Position numbers and translations under genes: made by a program. Shown one piece after another: positions 48,601 through 61,486 of a stretch of DNA of 64,000 nt (within the stretch, counting starts at the first letter, position 1; each line of letters opens with the position of its first letter). Source of the DNA: Lama guanicoe (Eukaryota); contig MU054001.1 of the NCBI GenBank assembly GCA_013239625.1, forward strand, positions 1,990,151-2,054,150, read 5' to 3'. The notes under the pieces are model-generated. The model saw only the letters and a list, made by a program, of their open reading frames with translations, had not been told where the DNA came from and searched no databases.

Positions 48601-48924
48601 TTTCAATATCTATAATACATTTACTTACTTCCTATAATCCTCCTTTGGAATGTAATTTTCATGAAGAAAGGAATTTAGTCTGTTTAGTTTGCTATCATGT
48701 CCCCAGTGTCTAGAAGAGTGTTTGGCACACAGCAGTAACTCAGCATTTGTTGAATGAAAAAACAATTGATGCTGATAGTAGTGCTTGGCGATCAGAATCT
48801 ATTTCTTCTAGGTGGTCTTTCTTGGCTCGCACAGGCTCCAGTCTACAAACATAAACTTGGCTCCATGGCTTATATCCGCATGTGTCTGAAAGCCAGCAAA
48901 ATTTCCTAAGCATCAGCGTTCTGG

Positions 48925-49160
48925 AGACCTAACGTACATCATGGTGACTATAGTTAATAATACTCAATTATATACTGAAAATTTGCTAAGAGAGTTGATC
49001 TCAAGTGTTCTGGTCTCCCCCCCTCAACAAAATAGTAACTGTAGGAGCTACTGGATATGTCAATTAGCTTGATTGAGGTAATCATGTCACAATGTATACA
49101 TATATCAAAACACTGCATTGTACAACTTAAATATATACACTTTTTATTTGTCAAAAACAA
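48925..49160 (+). mobile_element. L1 3' end fragment (L1MA9/L1MB-like)
   Basis: catggtgactatagttaataatact...tgaaatttgctaagagagt.gatctcaagtgttct...acaatgtatacatatatcaaaaca. Confidence 0.85.
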
Positions 49161-50109
49161 AGTAGAACTTAGAGGACGATGTCTGCTTCTAAATTAATTT
49201 GATTCTGATCTGCCCACTCTCAGCACCCAGGAGTTGGTGTGACCGCTCCACTGCCCACAGATGAAGAGGTTGATCAGAGCAGAACTGGGAATTCTTATAA
49301 AAAGTTTTTGTTTCTCCACAAAACAATATTCATGCATTCTGTCAAGCAGTTACAGACTAGAGACAGCTGGCCATTACTCAGCTTGGTGTATCAAATAGAT
49401 ATTTTTGAAAATATACAAGCTTTGAAAAATTTTATTCTTCAGACAGCTCTGGCTTTGAAAACTCTGTATATCTTAAAAGCACTTTCATAATGTCAGTAGT
49501 TTCCTGTGATTGATAGTCACAGCATACTGAGCTCACGGAGACATTAAAAATGTGGCATAGGAAGAGAAAAAAAAAGCACTTTACAATATTGGATTCTGTG
49601 GCAGTAAGTAATCTGCTCTTGGCTTTCCTTCCCTTTAGGGAGGGTTCCCCCCTCCTCCTCTTTTGAAAGGTCTGTGTTTTATTACAATCTACTTTTGGAC
49701 ATATTAATAAAAGTATATTTTTTCTTTGCTTGCCAGATTCCTATTTCTCAACATAGACAGAATTACTGGATAAGTACTGTAATTCTGATTCTTTTTGGAA
49801 TACCAGCACCTCAAATCAAAAAAACCCAAAAAAACCAAAAAAACCAAAAAAAAATTGCCAAGAAGTAGAGATACCAGGTTAGAATGCTGACATTGACAGG
49901 TTTCTCCTGAGGGCGATGGGGATGCTTGTGTCCCATATATTCTCCCAAAGAAGCAGGTGCTTCCATTACTGGGTGCAGTGGCTGATTGTAAGGGCTAAGT
50001 GATATGGAGAAGCAGCAGGATGGTCTGTGGATCATTTTGGGAAGTCCAGGGAGGTTATTCTTTCTGCAAGTGGAAGTAATTTATTATTTTCTCTAACTAG
50101 AGTGTCCTG

Positions 50110-50738
50110 TGAATAACTTCCAGTAGGATAGCTCTGTAACAAATAGACCTGGGAATGTCATGGCTCATCATAGAAATTTATTTCTTGATCAGTAACTGTC
50201 TGGGATTGGTGTTCATGTTGACAGGGCAGCTCTCTTTGAGCAGCTCACTGAGGAACCCAGATTCCTTCCATCTTGTGGCTCTGCTAGTCTCTAGACCAGG
50301 GACAGCAATTTGTCTTTTTCTTTTGGTAAAGAACCAGATAGTAAGTCTTTTAGACTTTGCATGCTGCATGGTCTCTGTCACAGTTACTCAACACTGCCCT
50401 TGTACCATGAAAGCAACCAAAGACAATATGTAAATGAATGGGTCTGGCTGTGTTCCAATAAAACACGATTTACAAAAAGAGGTGGCTATCTGGATTTGGC
50501 TCTTGGGGCAGCGTTTGCTGAGCCCTGACTCAAAGCCTGGTCATTCTCTTCTTACCTAGAAAGGGAAGGAAGCATGTTTCCACTGATCAGGACTGGAAGT
50601 AAAACTCATTATTTCCCCTCATGCTCCATTGGTTAGAAATCAGGCTTATGACACCCAGTTGCTAGGGAAAATGTTGTCTAGCTGTGTGCCTGGGAAGAAG
50701 AGGAAACCCATCTGTGAACACGTAGCAGTCTTTGTCAA
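50110..50738 (-). mobile_element. MaLR MLT1 LTR with a nested MER58A-like element (~50297-50528)
   Basis: ctctgtaacaaatagacc...gaggaacccagattccttccatcttgtggctctgc; MER58 atgggtctggctgtgttccaataaaac...tttgctgagccctg. Confidence 0.75.
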
Positions 50739-50908
50739 ACCAGCACAATAAAATATCTGACAGTGGAATTCAAGGTCCACCCTCAACCTATGCCACCAAA
50801 CACAGGGCTCAAAAAGCATGGCTTTGTAATCAGACAGACCTGGATTTGAGTCCTAGCTGAACCACTTTCTAGCCATGTACCCTTGGGTAATTTGTTTAAC
50901 CAATCTGC

Positions 50909-51047
50909 GTCTCACTTTCCGCTTCTGAAATACAAGGGTAATTATGGTTCCTCAGGTCACTGTGAATGTTAAATTAAAGTCTCACTTTCCTTTTCTGGAA
51001 AATGAGGGTAATTATGATTCCTTAGATCACTGTGAATGTTAAATAGA
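50909..51047 (+). repeat. ~70-bp tandem duplication inside a MIR
   Basis: Two diverged copies of gtctcactttcc..ttctg.aaa...agggtaattatg.ttcct.ag.tcactgtgaatgttaaat. Confidence 0.9.
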
Positions 51048-53477
51048 AGTGATGACTGTCACTTCATAAGTATTCAACAAATAGTAGTTATTATCCTTAT
51101 TATTTGAACAATGGCTTACCCTAATTCCTGGTAGAGTATAATTTAATGCTTTGCTGTTGGGCTTAAATCCTTTTTCCATTGCTTACTCACTGTGTAATTT
51201 TGTACAAATTATTTGACCTCTCTGTGCCTAAATTTCTTCATTTATAAAATGAAGACAATGACTAATATCTATCTCCTAGGGTTATTGTGATGATTAAATG
51301 ATTGAACACATACGAAATCATGTCTTATGCCTAGAGTTAATAATACTAAATAAATGGTATAATTATTATTTTGATACACTGATCCCTGGCATCCAAAGGG
51401 GATATACTACTATAATAAAAGTCATCATTATAATAATATCCATACATTAATGCTTTCAGACCATATTGAACACCTATGCACCAAATTCTGTGCTAGGCCC
51501 CGAGGATGTATATGGTGAATAAACCCGATAGTTCCTGTTTTCATGGAGGGCACAGTGACTTTTCTAATAGATACTGTTTTTTTTTTTCAACAGTCTCTTT
51601 AAAAGTGAACACTTTCAACATGTCATCTAATTTTATCCTTTGCCATAACTCTGTGAAATTAGATACTACTGTCTCTATTTTACAGATAAGATAAGAGGTT
51701 TAGAGAACTTAAATAATTTTAGCAGAGTCATAGAGCTGGTAAATGATAGTGATGGTATTTGAAACTTTGTCCCTCAAACTCAAGTGCCAGTGTTCTTAAC
51801 AATCATGCTGTGCTGTTAGTTCTGGCCACATGAAAGATTTGCCTGGCAAAGTATGCACTGTTTAATGGGAAGGTGGGTGGGAGGCAGTGGGAAGGAGGGT
51901 GCTGTGATGGTGAGGATGGCCTCTTGGCCTCTCTGGGAATTCAGTTCCATATCTGGACCATTGATGACAGCAAACACCCTCTCTACTTGGATGACTTCAA
52001 ACGTCCCCCAGGATTAGAAACATGTAATCTCATCAACCAGGTTTGGTTTCCGTCTGCGGGAGAGCTGGGCTTTTCAATTTAAACGCTGGCTTAAAAAATG
52101 GAAGAAAAATAACACAAAGAAATCTACTGTCTCTACCCTTCTTTAAAATGATGAATGCTTTTTTAAGGCAAATCCATCATTGGTCACTTGAGGGAGGAAA
52201 TGTCAGGAAAAGTTATGGTTTGTTAGCTTTTACTTCTTGACATTATACAAGAAAGTAATTGAGGTACAACAAATGCCATGTTGTTTTACCTCATCTATTT
52301 ATATAGCAGTCTGACAAGATGAATATATATGTTACTGTGGGTTTAGAAAAAAAGTGACAGTGGCTCTATGATTCGTTCTATTGTCTTATCAGTGCTGATC
52401 AAACGTGGTTTCCCTCAAGAAAACACATGGCAGAGGAACTGGTATTCGTTCATGTAGATTCCTGGATATTAAACAATTGAACTCATTTTACCCTCTCAAC
52501 CCCATTAGCCTCTTATCTCAAGTTCTTAGAGCTTTAACACGGATGTATAATAAAACATGCACAAATTCAATTCAATACAACAAATGTTTATTTAACACTC
52601 ACTGTGCATGAGATACTATGCCAAACAGAGATGCCATTAATTCACAATCTGTGATAATTCAAAGGCAGCCTGGGCTAAATGTTACCATTATACCATTTAT
52701 GGGGAAAAAAAAAAGAGTCTGCTAAGCAAATCAGCAAGGTATATCTTACTATATAATATGCTGTGCTCCTGAAAACTCAAATGTAAATCAGATTTTAAAT
52801 GCGTAAGGAGAGCTTACTAAACAAAGAATTTTACAATAATGTTTCTGGAGAATATATAATCATTGACAAATAAGGATTTTTAAGTTAGATGTTTAAAAAG
52901 TGAATGACCACTTTATTGAGGGATGTTATGTGACTAATACTATGAAAAATCCCAAGGCTTGTTTCTATGACAGCCATGATCTCTTTGTGGCTGGGTAGTC
53001 TGGTTGTCAAGCAACTTCAATAGAAGAGACATATTAAATTATTATTTCTTTTCCTTCTGAGAGGTGTCAGCCACAAAACAAAGGTATAGAGCTGCTTATT
53101 CTGTGGTAAAGATATCCTTCATTCTCAACATAGATTTCTGGGGAAGAAAAGAGATACTAAAGCTATGTTTAATAGGAAGAGGCAGGGTGAGTTTTCAGTG
53201 TATCTTAACCTTTTTATTTTGCTGAAATTGCTTTAGAAAACCAGCTGGGATCTCAAGTGAGTTATTCAGGGGTATACCATTAAGAATCATGAGACAGTAT
53301 CTCCTGTGGAAACATTATAGTAAGGTGATACTTTGTATTTTGGTTACTCCGGGTTTTTTTTTTTAGCCTCTTTTTTGAAACTGGTCTCTGCATATGTTCC
53401 TGTCTGCCTGTAAATGGGTTGATAGATCTGATTCCAGAGACTCTGAATTAAGGATCCTCGTTTATACGTTAGTACCT

Positions 53478-54117
53478 TCTAGTATGAAATTTGGCTTTGC
53501 CCCCAGAGAGCTCTGGCTTTACCCTCAGCTTCTGGGAGGTAATCTTTGTCAGACATGATTGGAGTGTCTTTTTTTTAGGCTGGAGGCTCACCACACTGGA
53601 TTGTGGATGAGACTAGTCCCACCTGAAAGTCTTAGCCATGTCAGAAAGACCAACTATGGAATTTATGGTGGGAGTTTGCATCATGTGGGAGAGTTAACTT
53701 GGAGATTAAGTCCAAGAATTAAGGCAGTCATGACTATGTAATGAAGCTCCGATAAAAACTTTGAACACCAAAGCACTGGTGAGCTTCCCTGGTTGGCAGT
53801 ATTCTGTGCATATTGTCACATATCAGTCCTGGGACAGTAATGCATCCTGACTCCACGCAGGAGGACAATAGAAGGACAGTAGAGGACACTTGTAACCCTC
53901 TCAGACTCTGCCGTATGCATCTATTCCTTTGTCTGGTTTTAAACTATCCTTTTCCTATAATAAAGTGTAATTGTGAGTATAGAAGTTTTCGGTGAGTTCT
54001 GTAAGTCCTCCTAGTGAATTATTGAAACTCACGGTGGTTTTGGAAACCTTCTCAAACTTTTCATTGATGTCAGAAGTGAAGGAAATGTTGGGAGGATCGT
54101 TCTTTCCTGCTGTTACA
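53478..54117 (+). mobile_element. Solo LTR of the MER21/MER68/MER77 group (ERVL)
   Basis: cttctgggaggtaatct...tatgtaatgaagctccgataaaaact...ggtgagcttccctggttggca...gagttctgtaagtcctcctagtgaattattgaa...gatgtcagaagtga. Confidence 0.75.
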
Positions 54118-54589
54118 TTTTGGCTAATGATGGTTGCATTAGACCAACTGAAAGGGATCTATGGACATGCAAAATGTGTCCAGTTATAAGCAGCAGTAAT
54201 ATCGTGCCTCAAATTCTGCCCCTGCCATAAGAAAATTCACTTAGAGGGACCTGTAAAATAGTCTAAATTTGATTAATTTGGAAAACCAGCATTAGACAGA
54301 TCTTATTTTATGCCACTGTCTGAAATTTGAACAATCTTAATGATTTCGAATGATTTCAGGTGTTGCAAACTTAAATAACTTAAGGGCCCTGGCAGGTAAC
54401 CTGAAAAAGTGAAGTAGTTGGTGAGATCTAAGGTAAACTGAGGAACACATGCCCAGTCTAAAAGCATTCAAAGTTAAAAAATTTTAAATGTCTGCAAAAG
54501 GAGCCAGCCCAGAGACCACCAGTCTGCGTTTTTTCTACAATCCGGGCTGAAGGGTCCAGATGCAAATTGGCCATTTTTTTGTAAGTTAA

Positions 54590-55940
54590 TGTTATAAGAC
54601 CATTCAGATTTCCTTTTTCCATCTCTTCTTAAGTTATGGTTGGAATTTGTCCATTCAACTAAATCTATTTCAAATTTATTGGCATGAATTTGTTCATAAT
54701 GTCCTCTTATTTTTTAATGCTTATAAAATCTGTAGTAATGCCTCATTTTTAATTTCTGACTTTGAGTATTTGTGCCTTCTATGTACTTTTCTTTGGGTCT
54801 TACTATGTTTTTATTAATTTTAGTGGTTTCTCCAAGAATAACTTTTGGCTCTGCTGGTTTTCTTTATTGATGTTTCTTTACTATTTCCTTAATTTCTATT
54901 TCTATATTTCTTTATACCTCCTTTGTTTTTCTTTTTCTATCTTATTCATATGCTTAGCCCTTTGTACATCTTTCTCTTTTTCTAATAAAGCAATGAATTT
55001 TTCTTAAACCATGCACTTCTCTGCAGCTCATAAGTATTTATGCCTACATATAACTTATATTAATGTATAGTAATCATTTATTATACATTAGTTTTATCAT
55101 TTATTTAAAATATGTATAAATTTCCACTTAATTTTCTGACCAATGAATTATTTAGAAGTATATTTGAAAATTTTCAAACTTAATGGATTTTTCTAGTTTT
55201 TTCTTTTTTTTGAAGTTGATTTCTTGTATTGGGGTCAGTAAATATACTGTAATGGTTTCAGTCCTCAGAAATTTCTTGAGACTTGCTTCATGGACCAGCA
55301 AAATTTGTAAATATTCTAAATGTTCTTGGAAATAACATGTGTGTTTTCTGTAGTTATTGGTTTCAGTGTTCTATCCATTAAGTCACTTTTGAAATTGTAT
55401 TGTTCATATCTAGATTTTTACTGATTTTTTGTTTGTTCTGTAAGCTGTTATTGAGATCTTCCACGGTGATTGTGTTTTTGTATCTTTTGCATCTTGTCAG
55501 TTTCTGTTTTTTATATATTTCAAGGCTATGTTTTTAGGTACACAAGCATTTCTACTTACTGTATCTTCAGAATGAATTGAAAAGTCTATCGTTAGGTTAA
55601 GACTTTTTGCTTTAAAGTCTACTTTATCTGATATTAATATAGTTATACCACCTTGTAAAAATTTAATGTTTATATGGTATATTTTCTGCCCACTTTTTGA
55701 GCTTTCTTTTTTTTTTTTACATTTTTTTATTGATTCATAATCATTTTACAGTGTTGTGTCAAGAGCTTTCTTTATCCTTATATTTTTATATATCCCCTTT
55801 GTAAACAACTTATAATTTAAGAATATCCTATTGAAATTATGTCTTTTAATTGGAATAATGAGCCCATCTATACTTAATGTAACTGTAGATTATATTTGAG
55901 TTTAAATCTATAATCTTTCTATGTCTTCTTTGGTGTTTCA
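54590..55940 (-). mobile_element. Old L1M ORF2 fragment
   Basis: gaatttgtccatt...aatttattggcat; ttaaagtctactttatctgatattaatatag. Confidence 0.75.
55710..55762 (-). mobile_element. Extremely truncated young L1 (~50 bp) with 11-bp TSD
   Basis: TSD gagctttcttt at 55699-55709 and 55763-55773; body matches the L1 3' tip at 2295-2339. Confidence 0.9.
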
Positions 55941-56989
55941 CTGAGCTGCAAAACTGGGTGATTCCAGGAAGGTTGGTGGGGTGGGTGGTAAAAAGAAAAC
56001 AATGCTGGTAATCAGGAGCCCTAACTAAGTTTTAGACCTCATAGCTTTGTGACTTTGGACAAATCATTTGTCTTCTTTGGCTATTTTTGCTTGTTCACTT
56101 ATAAAATAAAGGAATTGGATTAGGAAATGGCTAAAGTTTCCTATAGTTCCAGATTTAATGGTAGAAAGGAAAAACGTCATGAAACAGTGACAGGAGTAGA
56201 AGAGAAGAGGAAATTGTGCCTATATTGTGGGGGTGACATTAGACATTGATTTTTTCCAGAGTTGTGGCTTTCTGAAGAAATGTTAATGACTATAACAGAC
56301 ATACAAACACAGCTATAAAGGAAGGAGGGTTTGCCAGTTCATTATCTTTGAAAGGAATTTAAAACATTCTTTTTCAATTGAAGGCAGGAATCTTTCTAAA
56401 TCTTTTTTTCAAAGGATGATGCTTCACAATACGTTAAGAAGCTTACCTTTCACTACACACATGGCAGACATTTGTAACCGGAGAAATTATCCTCTATGTA
56501 AATGTTGCCCAGTAAATTAATCAAACGTCTACTGAGAACTGATTAAATATCAGGTGCTTAGTTAGATGCCTCAAAGATGGACAACAGGTGGTTCCTTGCC
56601 TTAGAAAGTTTTAATCTGGAGTTGTTGAGTGGAGAATCATTTAGGTCTAACCAGGAAAACAGAAACACCTCTAAGGACTTAAAATGAGGGAATTTAATGC
56701 AAAAAGTAGTTACACAGATGATGGAATTGTTGGGAAGCCAACAGAGGGATGGGGTGGTGACCCAGGAGATGATGTGGACCAAAGCATGGAAAAAGAAATG
56801 GTCCATGGTAAGTGAAGTGGGATTGCCAGAATTTTCATGGAAGGTGGTACAAAGAGGACTGAGAGCCTCAGAGTAAGAGTAGGAAACTCACAAGATTGTG
56901 TGCCATGGAAAGATTTGAAGGATACACTATTTAGAAATGAAAGAAGAAACGTGCTGGTGAAAGGGACACGAGAAGACTGGTGGTGGCTC

Positions 56990-57630
56990 CTAGATAACCA
57001 CTAGTTTGTTCTCTATATCTGTGAGTCTGTTTCTGTTTTGTTATACACATTTGTTTGTTTTATTTTTTAGATCCCATCTATAAGTGATCACATAGAGTAT
57101 TTGTCTTTCTCTGTCTGACTTATTTCACTAAGCATAATATTCTCCAGGTCCATTCACGTTGACATGAATGGCAGAATTTCACTCTTTTTTATGGCCAAGT
57201 AGTATTCCATTTTATACATACACCACATCTTTTAAAATTTTTTTAAAAATTTTATTTCATATTTAATTTTTTTCCCTTAATGGAGGCACTGGGGATTGAA
57301 CCTAGGACCTTTTACAGGCCAAGCATGCACTCTACCACTCAGCTATAACCTCCACCCCCATATGCCACATCTTTTAATAATTTAATCTGCTGAAAGACAC
57401 GTTGCTTCCATGTTTTGGCTTTTGTAAATAATGCTGTTATGAACAATGGAGTGCATGTATCTTTTCTAATTAGTGTTTTTGTTTTCTTTGGTTATATATC
57501 CAGGAGTGGAAGTGCTGGATCATATAGTAGTTCTACTTTTAGCTTTTTAAGGAACCTCCATACTGTTTTCCACAGTGGCTGCACCAATATAGATTCCTAC
57601 CAACAGCGTACAAGGGTTCCCTCTTCTCTA
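56990..57630 (-). mobile_element. L1 3' fragment with a nested Vic-1-like SINE (~57236-57359)
   Basis: tttgttctctatatctgtgagtctgtttctg...; SINE TSD ccacatcttttaa at 57223-57235 and 57365-57377. Confidence 0.88.
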
Positions 57631-57639
57631 CTCAAGTTT

Positions 57640-58910
57640 TCAAATGTATAATTGGGATAGACATAATTCATGGTTGGTTTAATCCATACATTCAGTCCTT
57701 GGTCTATGGGGTAAGAGTTATCATAGGTTAGAAGGTCAAGTGGAAGGCTCTGAAACTGCCTCTCATTTCCCAACCCTGGAAAAGATAATCAATTAAAGAT
57801 AATAACCCATCCCAAGGGGGATGGTAGAAATCAGTGCCACTCTAAAGACCTAAAGAATGCAGAGGTGGTGGTCCCCATCTTATCTCCATTCAACTGATTA
57901 GTGTGGCCCTTGCGAAATCAGATGGATTCTGAAAGATGACAGTGGGTTACTGCAACCTCAAGCAAGTAGGAGCCCCCACTTGAAGCTACTATGTCAGATG
58001 TGGTATCTTTGCCAGAGCCAATTAAGAAGGACACTGTTCTCCAATACAGTGTATTTATAGAAAATCTGAGGTTTAGTAAGGCCAACAGATTAGAAGACAA
58101 CTAGTATTGAAAAATAGCATGTTATTCACAATTCCCAAGAGGAGGGGTATGCCACACCACAAGGGGCCACACGGGGAAGCACCAGAGTGGTCAGGAGGCA
58201 GAGGGAATTGGGGGAAATGTGGGCAAGAGTCTCCATTGTGGTTTCCTTGGGAAGGAATGGATGAAGCAGGGTAAGCAGGTTTAGGATTGGCTAGTTTGAA
58301 TAATTTCCATGGGCTCTGGGCACAGGGGCTGTTAGTGGTCCAGAATGTGAGAGCTCAATAAAGGAGGTGGTTGAAGGTGTAGGCGCTGGATTGGTTGGTT
58401 AGCATTTGAAAAGCATGCTGGTGGGCAAATTGTTCACTGTCTCTAGGACCTGACTAACCCTGGGGGGGGGGGACTCTAGGGTCAGCAAAGCCTCAGATGT
58501 CAAAGCATCAGAATACAGAGAATAAAAGACATGGTTAGTATACACAGACACATGGTATGTAACCACTGATCTGGCAAATATGTCCTTTTCATTCCCTATC
58601 AGAAAAGAGGACCAGAAGCAGTCTGCTTTCACGTGGAATGGTCAACAGTATACATTTACAGTTTTGCTCCAGGACTATGTTAATTCTCTACCTTCTATCA
58701 TAATATGCTCTGAATAGTTCTAGGCTGCTTGGACATCCCACAGAATAGCTCATTGGTCTGCTATATTGATAACATTATGTTAATCAGACTAGATAAGCAA
58801 GAAGTGGCTAGCATGTTGGAGGCCCTGATAGGACAAATGAACTCCAGAGAGGGAGAGAGAAAAATCTGTGATGATCCAGGGGTCTGTCATAAAATAGAAT
58901 TTTTTAGGAG
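57640..58910 (+). pseudogene. pol: ERVL pol (reverse transcriptase) fossil, split by a solo LTR
   Basis: Decayed EISATL..LKNAEVVVP..SPFN..VWP...DG...MTVGY.NL.QV...DVVSL; after the LTR, WY..DLAN..FSIPI.KEDQKQ.AFTWNGQQYTFTVL.Q.Y.NS and LDIPQN..LVCYIDNIML (YIDD motif position). Confidence 0.88.
58035..58546 (-). mobile_element. ERVL-class solo LTR (MER74/MER54-like) with 5-bp TSD
   Basis: TG...CA ends; TSD gacac at 58030-58034 and 58547-58551; RT reading resumes on the other side. Confidence 0.85.
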
Positions 58911-58929
58911 TAACTTGTCTGAGGATGTG

Positions 58930-59187
58930 ACTGTTCAGTGTTGGGGGTAAAAAGTGTCTCTTGCCCCAACTAGGGACAGCTTTGTTGGGTACACCCACTT
59001 TTAGGACTCCCCACAGGGTCCCCCAAATGTCTTTTGAGATCTCATTGCAGCTTGACCTCCCCCTCTAGAAGACCTGCTTCTTTACCTTCCCTTCTCTAGT
59101 GTTGATCCCAAGAGTAGGTGCAAATCACCCTCCTGTATCCACATCTCTATCTCAGAATCTGCTTCTGGGGAAACCCAACCTGTGGCA
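58930..59187 (+). mobile_element. LTR16-like ERVL LTR 3' part
   Basis: gtgttgatcccaagag...ctctatctcagaatctgcttctggggaaacccaacctgtggca, similar to the end of 36605-37018. Confidence 0.7.
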
Positions 59188-59991
59188 AAGACTTTTCCTT
59201 CATTACTATTTGAGCATCAAACACTCACAGAAGAATGGATCTATGAGGACAGATGGGAAAGAAACCTTGTGAACAAATGGAAACAAATGAGTACTATTCT
59301 AGAAATGTCAGTCATTGCCTCCTCTGCCCATACTGTGACCTTTCACCCCAGCTGATGCTGGCAGTGCTGTGTTTGGTACCACCTGTGCCAATTCCTCTTA
59401 CCAAGTTGATTGCACTAGCAGTGAGAACCTGATCCAGGGTAATTCATCCATTGGCTGGCCAATGATAAGTGATCTGAGTGGTCTGGTATGGAAACATGAT
59501 GAGCCAGGTCAGTCAAATTCTCCACTTAGGAATCGGATTGGGGAGACAGAAACTGAGCAGGCCAGCTATTATGCACAGGGTATAAAAAGGGGTGGAAGGG
59601 ACAGTTTGGGAATAGATATTACAAGCTGTGAGCAAGATGGTGCAGCTTCGTAAGAGAGTGGGATATAGAAAGAAATTGAGGTGAGAAGAAGGAGGGAAAC
59701 CTGAGTCTTCCTGGGTTCCCATTTTCAGTTCCTGGGGGCCTAACTGTGCTTTGATTTGTACCTTTGAGTTTCAAGAGATAATTCTGAGAATATTCTTCAG
59801 TTGAGCTAGAGTGAGTGAATCTCTTGCAGCCAAGAGTGCTTGCCTTGAATAGAAGTCTGAGAGGCATCACTTCCTATTTGATTTATCACATCACTTTCTT
59901 ATAGCATTGGAAACTATTATACATTGTTTTTATTGCTCCATGTAAACTGTGAGTTTCTGAGGTTGGTGTTTATTATTTTAGAGAAGGCTAA

Positions 59992-60053
59992 TGATGATGA
60001 TGAAGATAATAATAATAATAATAATAATAACAACAACAACAACAACAACAGCA
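59992..60053. repeat. Compound (TGA)(TAA)n(CAA)n microsatellite
   Basis: Direct reading. Confidence 0.95.
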
Positions 60054-60943
60054 ACTCATATTAACTCAGCTTTTACCACTGGGGTAGATGCTTCACATGC
60101 ACAGACTTATGTAGTAAATACTTAATTGTGAATGGTTATCATCATCATTATTAATAATTATGTTAACCTACTTATCCTGTGGGTAAAACCAGAGGGAATG
60201 AAATTGCAATGCAGCTGGTGAGAGGAAAGGAATAATTTATTTTTGGGGTGGTATTTTTCCCCTAAGATTTCTTTTTCTTCTTAAAAAGCGATACATGTTT
60301 ATTAGAGAAAATTTGGAAAATATAGGAAACGGCAAGGAAGGAAATTTTAAAAATTACCCTTATTCTCACCATTAGAGATACACATTGCCAATACTTTGGT
60401 GCATATCCTGTAAACACATCCCCCTTCTGTTTTGTTATTTTCCCCACACACTCTGGCTGCATGAACACTTTGTATACTATTAAATATGCTTCCAGTAAAC
60501 GATTTTTTTTTTAAAGAGCTGTGCGTCATCCCTTTATAGGATAAGTGTCAGGGAAGCAATGGAGCAAAGGATCCTGGGAGGTCGTACCGTGGGGGATTGG
60601 GAACTCTCCTCTCCTGAAGGTTCCAGGGACTTCTCTGCCTGGAGCAGGGGGAAGGGCTTTATGACCTCTGGAGGGCACTGTGTTTCCAAAATTCTTCTGA
60701 AAAACAAGATATTCTTGCCTCTCCTTCATACCCGCCTCCCTCTGCTTCCTTCACCCACGTTGATTTCGAAAATTTTTGCTCTTGGACACCCCGAGGCTCC
60801 TGAGGAGGTGCCGTGGGGTTGGTCTGCTCGGGATCTGGGTTCTCGGGCCAGAGCTAGTGGCCTGAGCCCCCCAGACCCGCCTTTCAGCGCTCTCAGTGGA
60901 GTCCTCGCGACCCATTCATTTCCCTGCGCAACACCACCAGATA

Positions 60944-60958
60944 CCAGCAGATGGCGCT
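60944..60958 (+). promoter_or_regulatory. CTCF binding motif in a small CpG-enriched patch (~60780-60975)
   Basis: CCAGCAGATGGCGCT is a near-perfect CTCF core; local CpG density is higher than in the flanks. Confidence 0.7.
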
Positions 60959-61427
60959 GTGAGCAAGTGCGTCTGCCTAGGTGTGATTTACACAAGCCCT
61001 TGAAGGCTTTAAATATTTATCTACAAAATTCAATAAAGCTGTTCATCAAATCTAATGCTTGGAATTTGGGCAGCCCATGAAAATATTATAATATTTTGCC
61101 TGAGGTTTCAGAATCCTCTTCTGTATGATGTGTTTGTGTATTCAAACTCCTGATATTTGTTTATCACCAGCAGGAAGGAATTCATGTTACAGAGTGGAGA
61201 TTTTGCATGAGATCGGGCTTGGAAAAACCTTCCGAAATTTTTTCTCTAGATATTGCAGGGATCGGGAGCTCCTTACCCGACTGAGAAGTCATGGAAATTA
61301 GGCACAAGGTCCATCCATCTCTGTATCCTCAGCACTAGCAAGTGCCTGGAAGAAAGGAAGGGCTCCCTGAACAAGTTAATTCAGGGAAGGGCAGCTGGAT
61401 AAGGTTGCTTTTTAATTTTGAAAGGGC

Positions 61428-61439
61428 GTGTGTGTGTGT

Positions 61440-61476
<37 letters not shown>

Positions 61477-61486
61477 CGTGCGTGCG
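61428..61486. repeat. (TG)n/(TGCG)n microsatellite
   Basis: Direct reading. Confidence 0.95.

Noticed and set aside
50909..51047. Functional repeat array or CRISPR-like structure
   Set aside because: Only two diverged tandem copies inside a MIR in eukaryotic DNA, with no spacers.
60559..61080. 173-aa ORF
   Set aside because: No recognisable domain or exon structure; its length is explained by locally high GC content.
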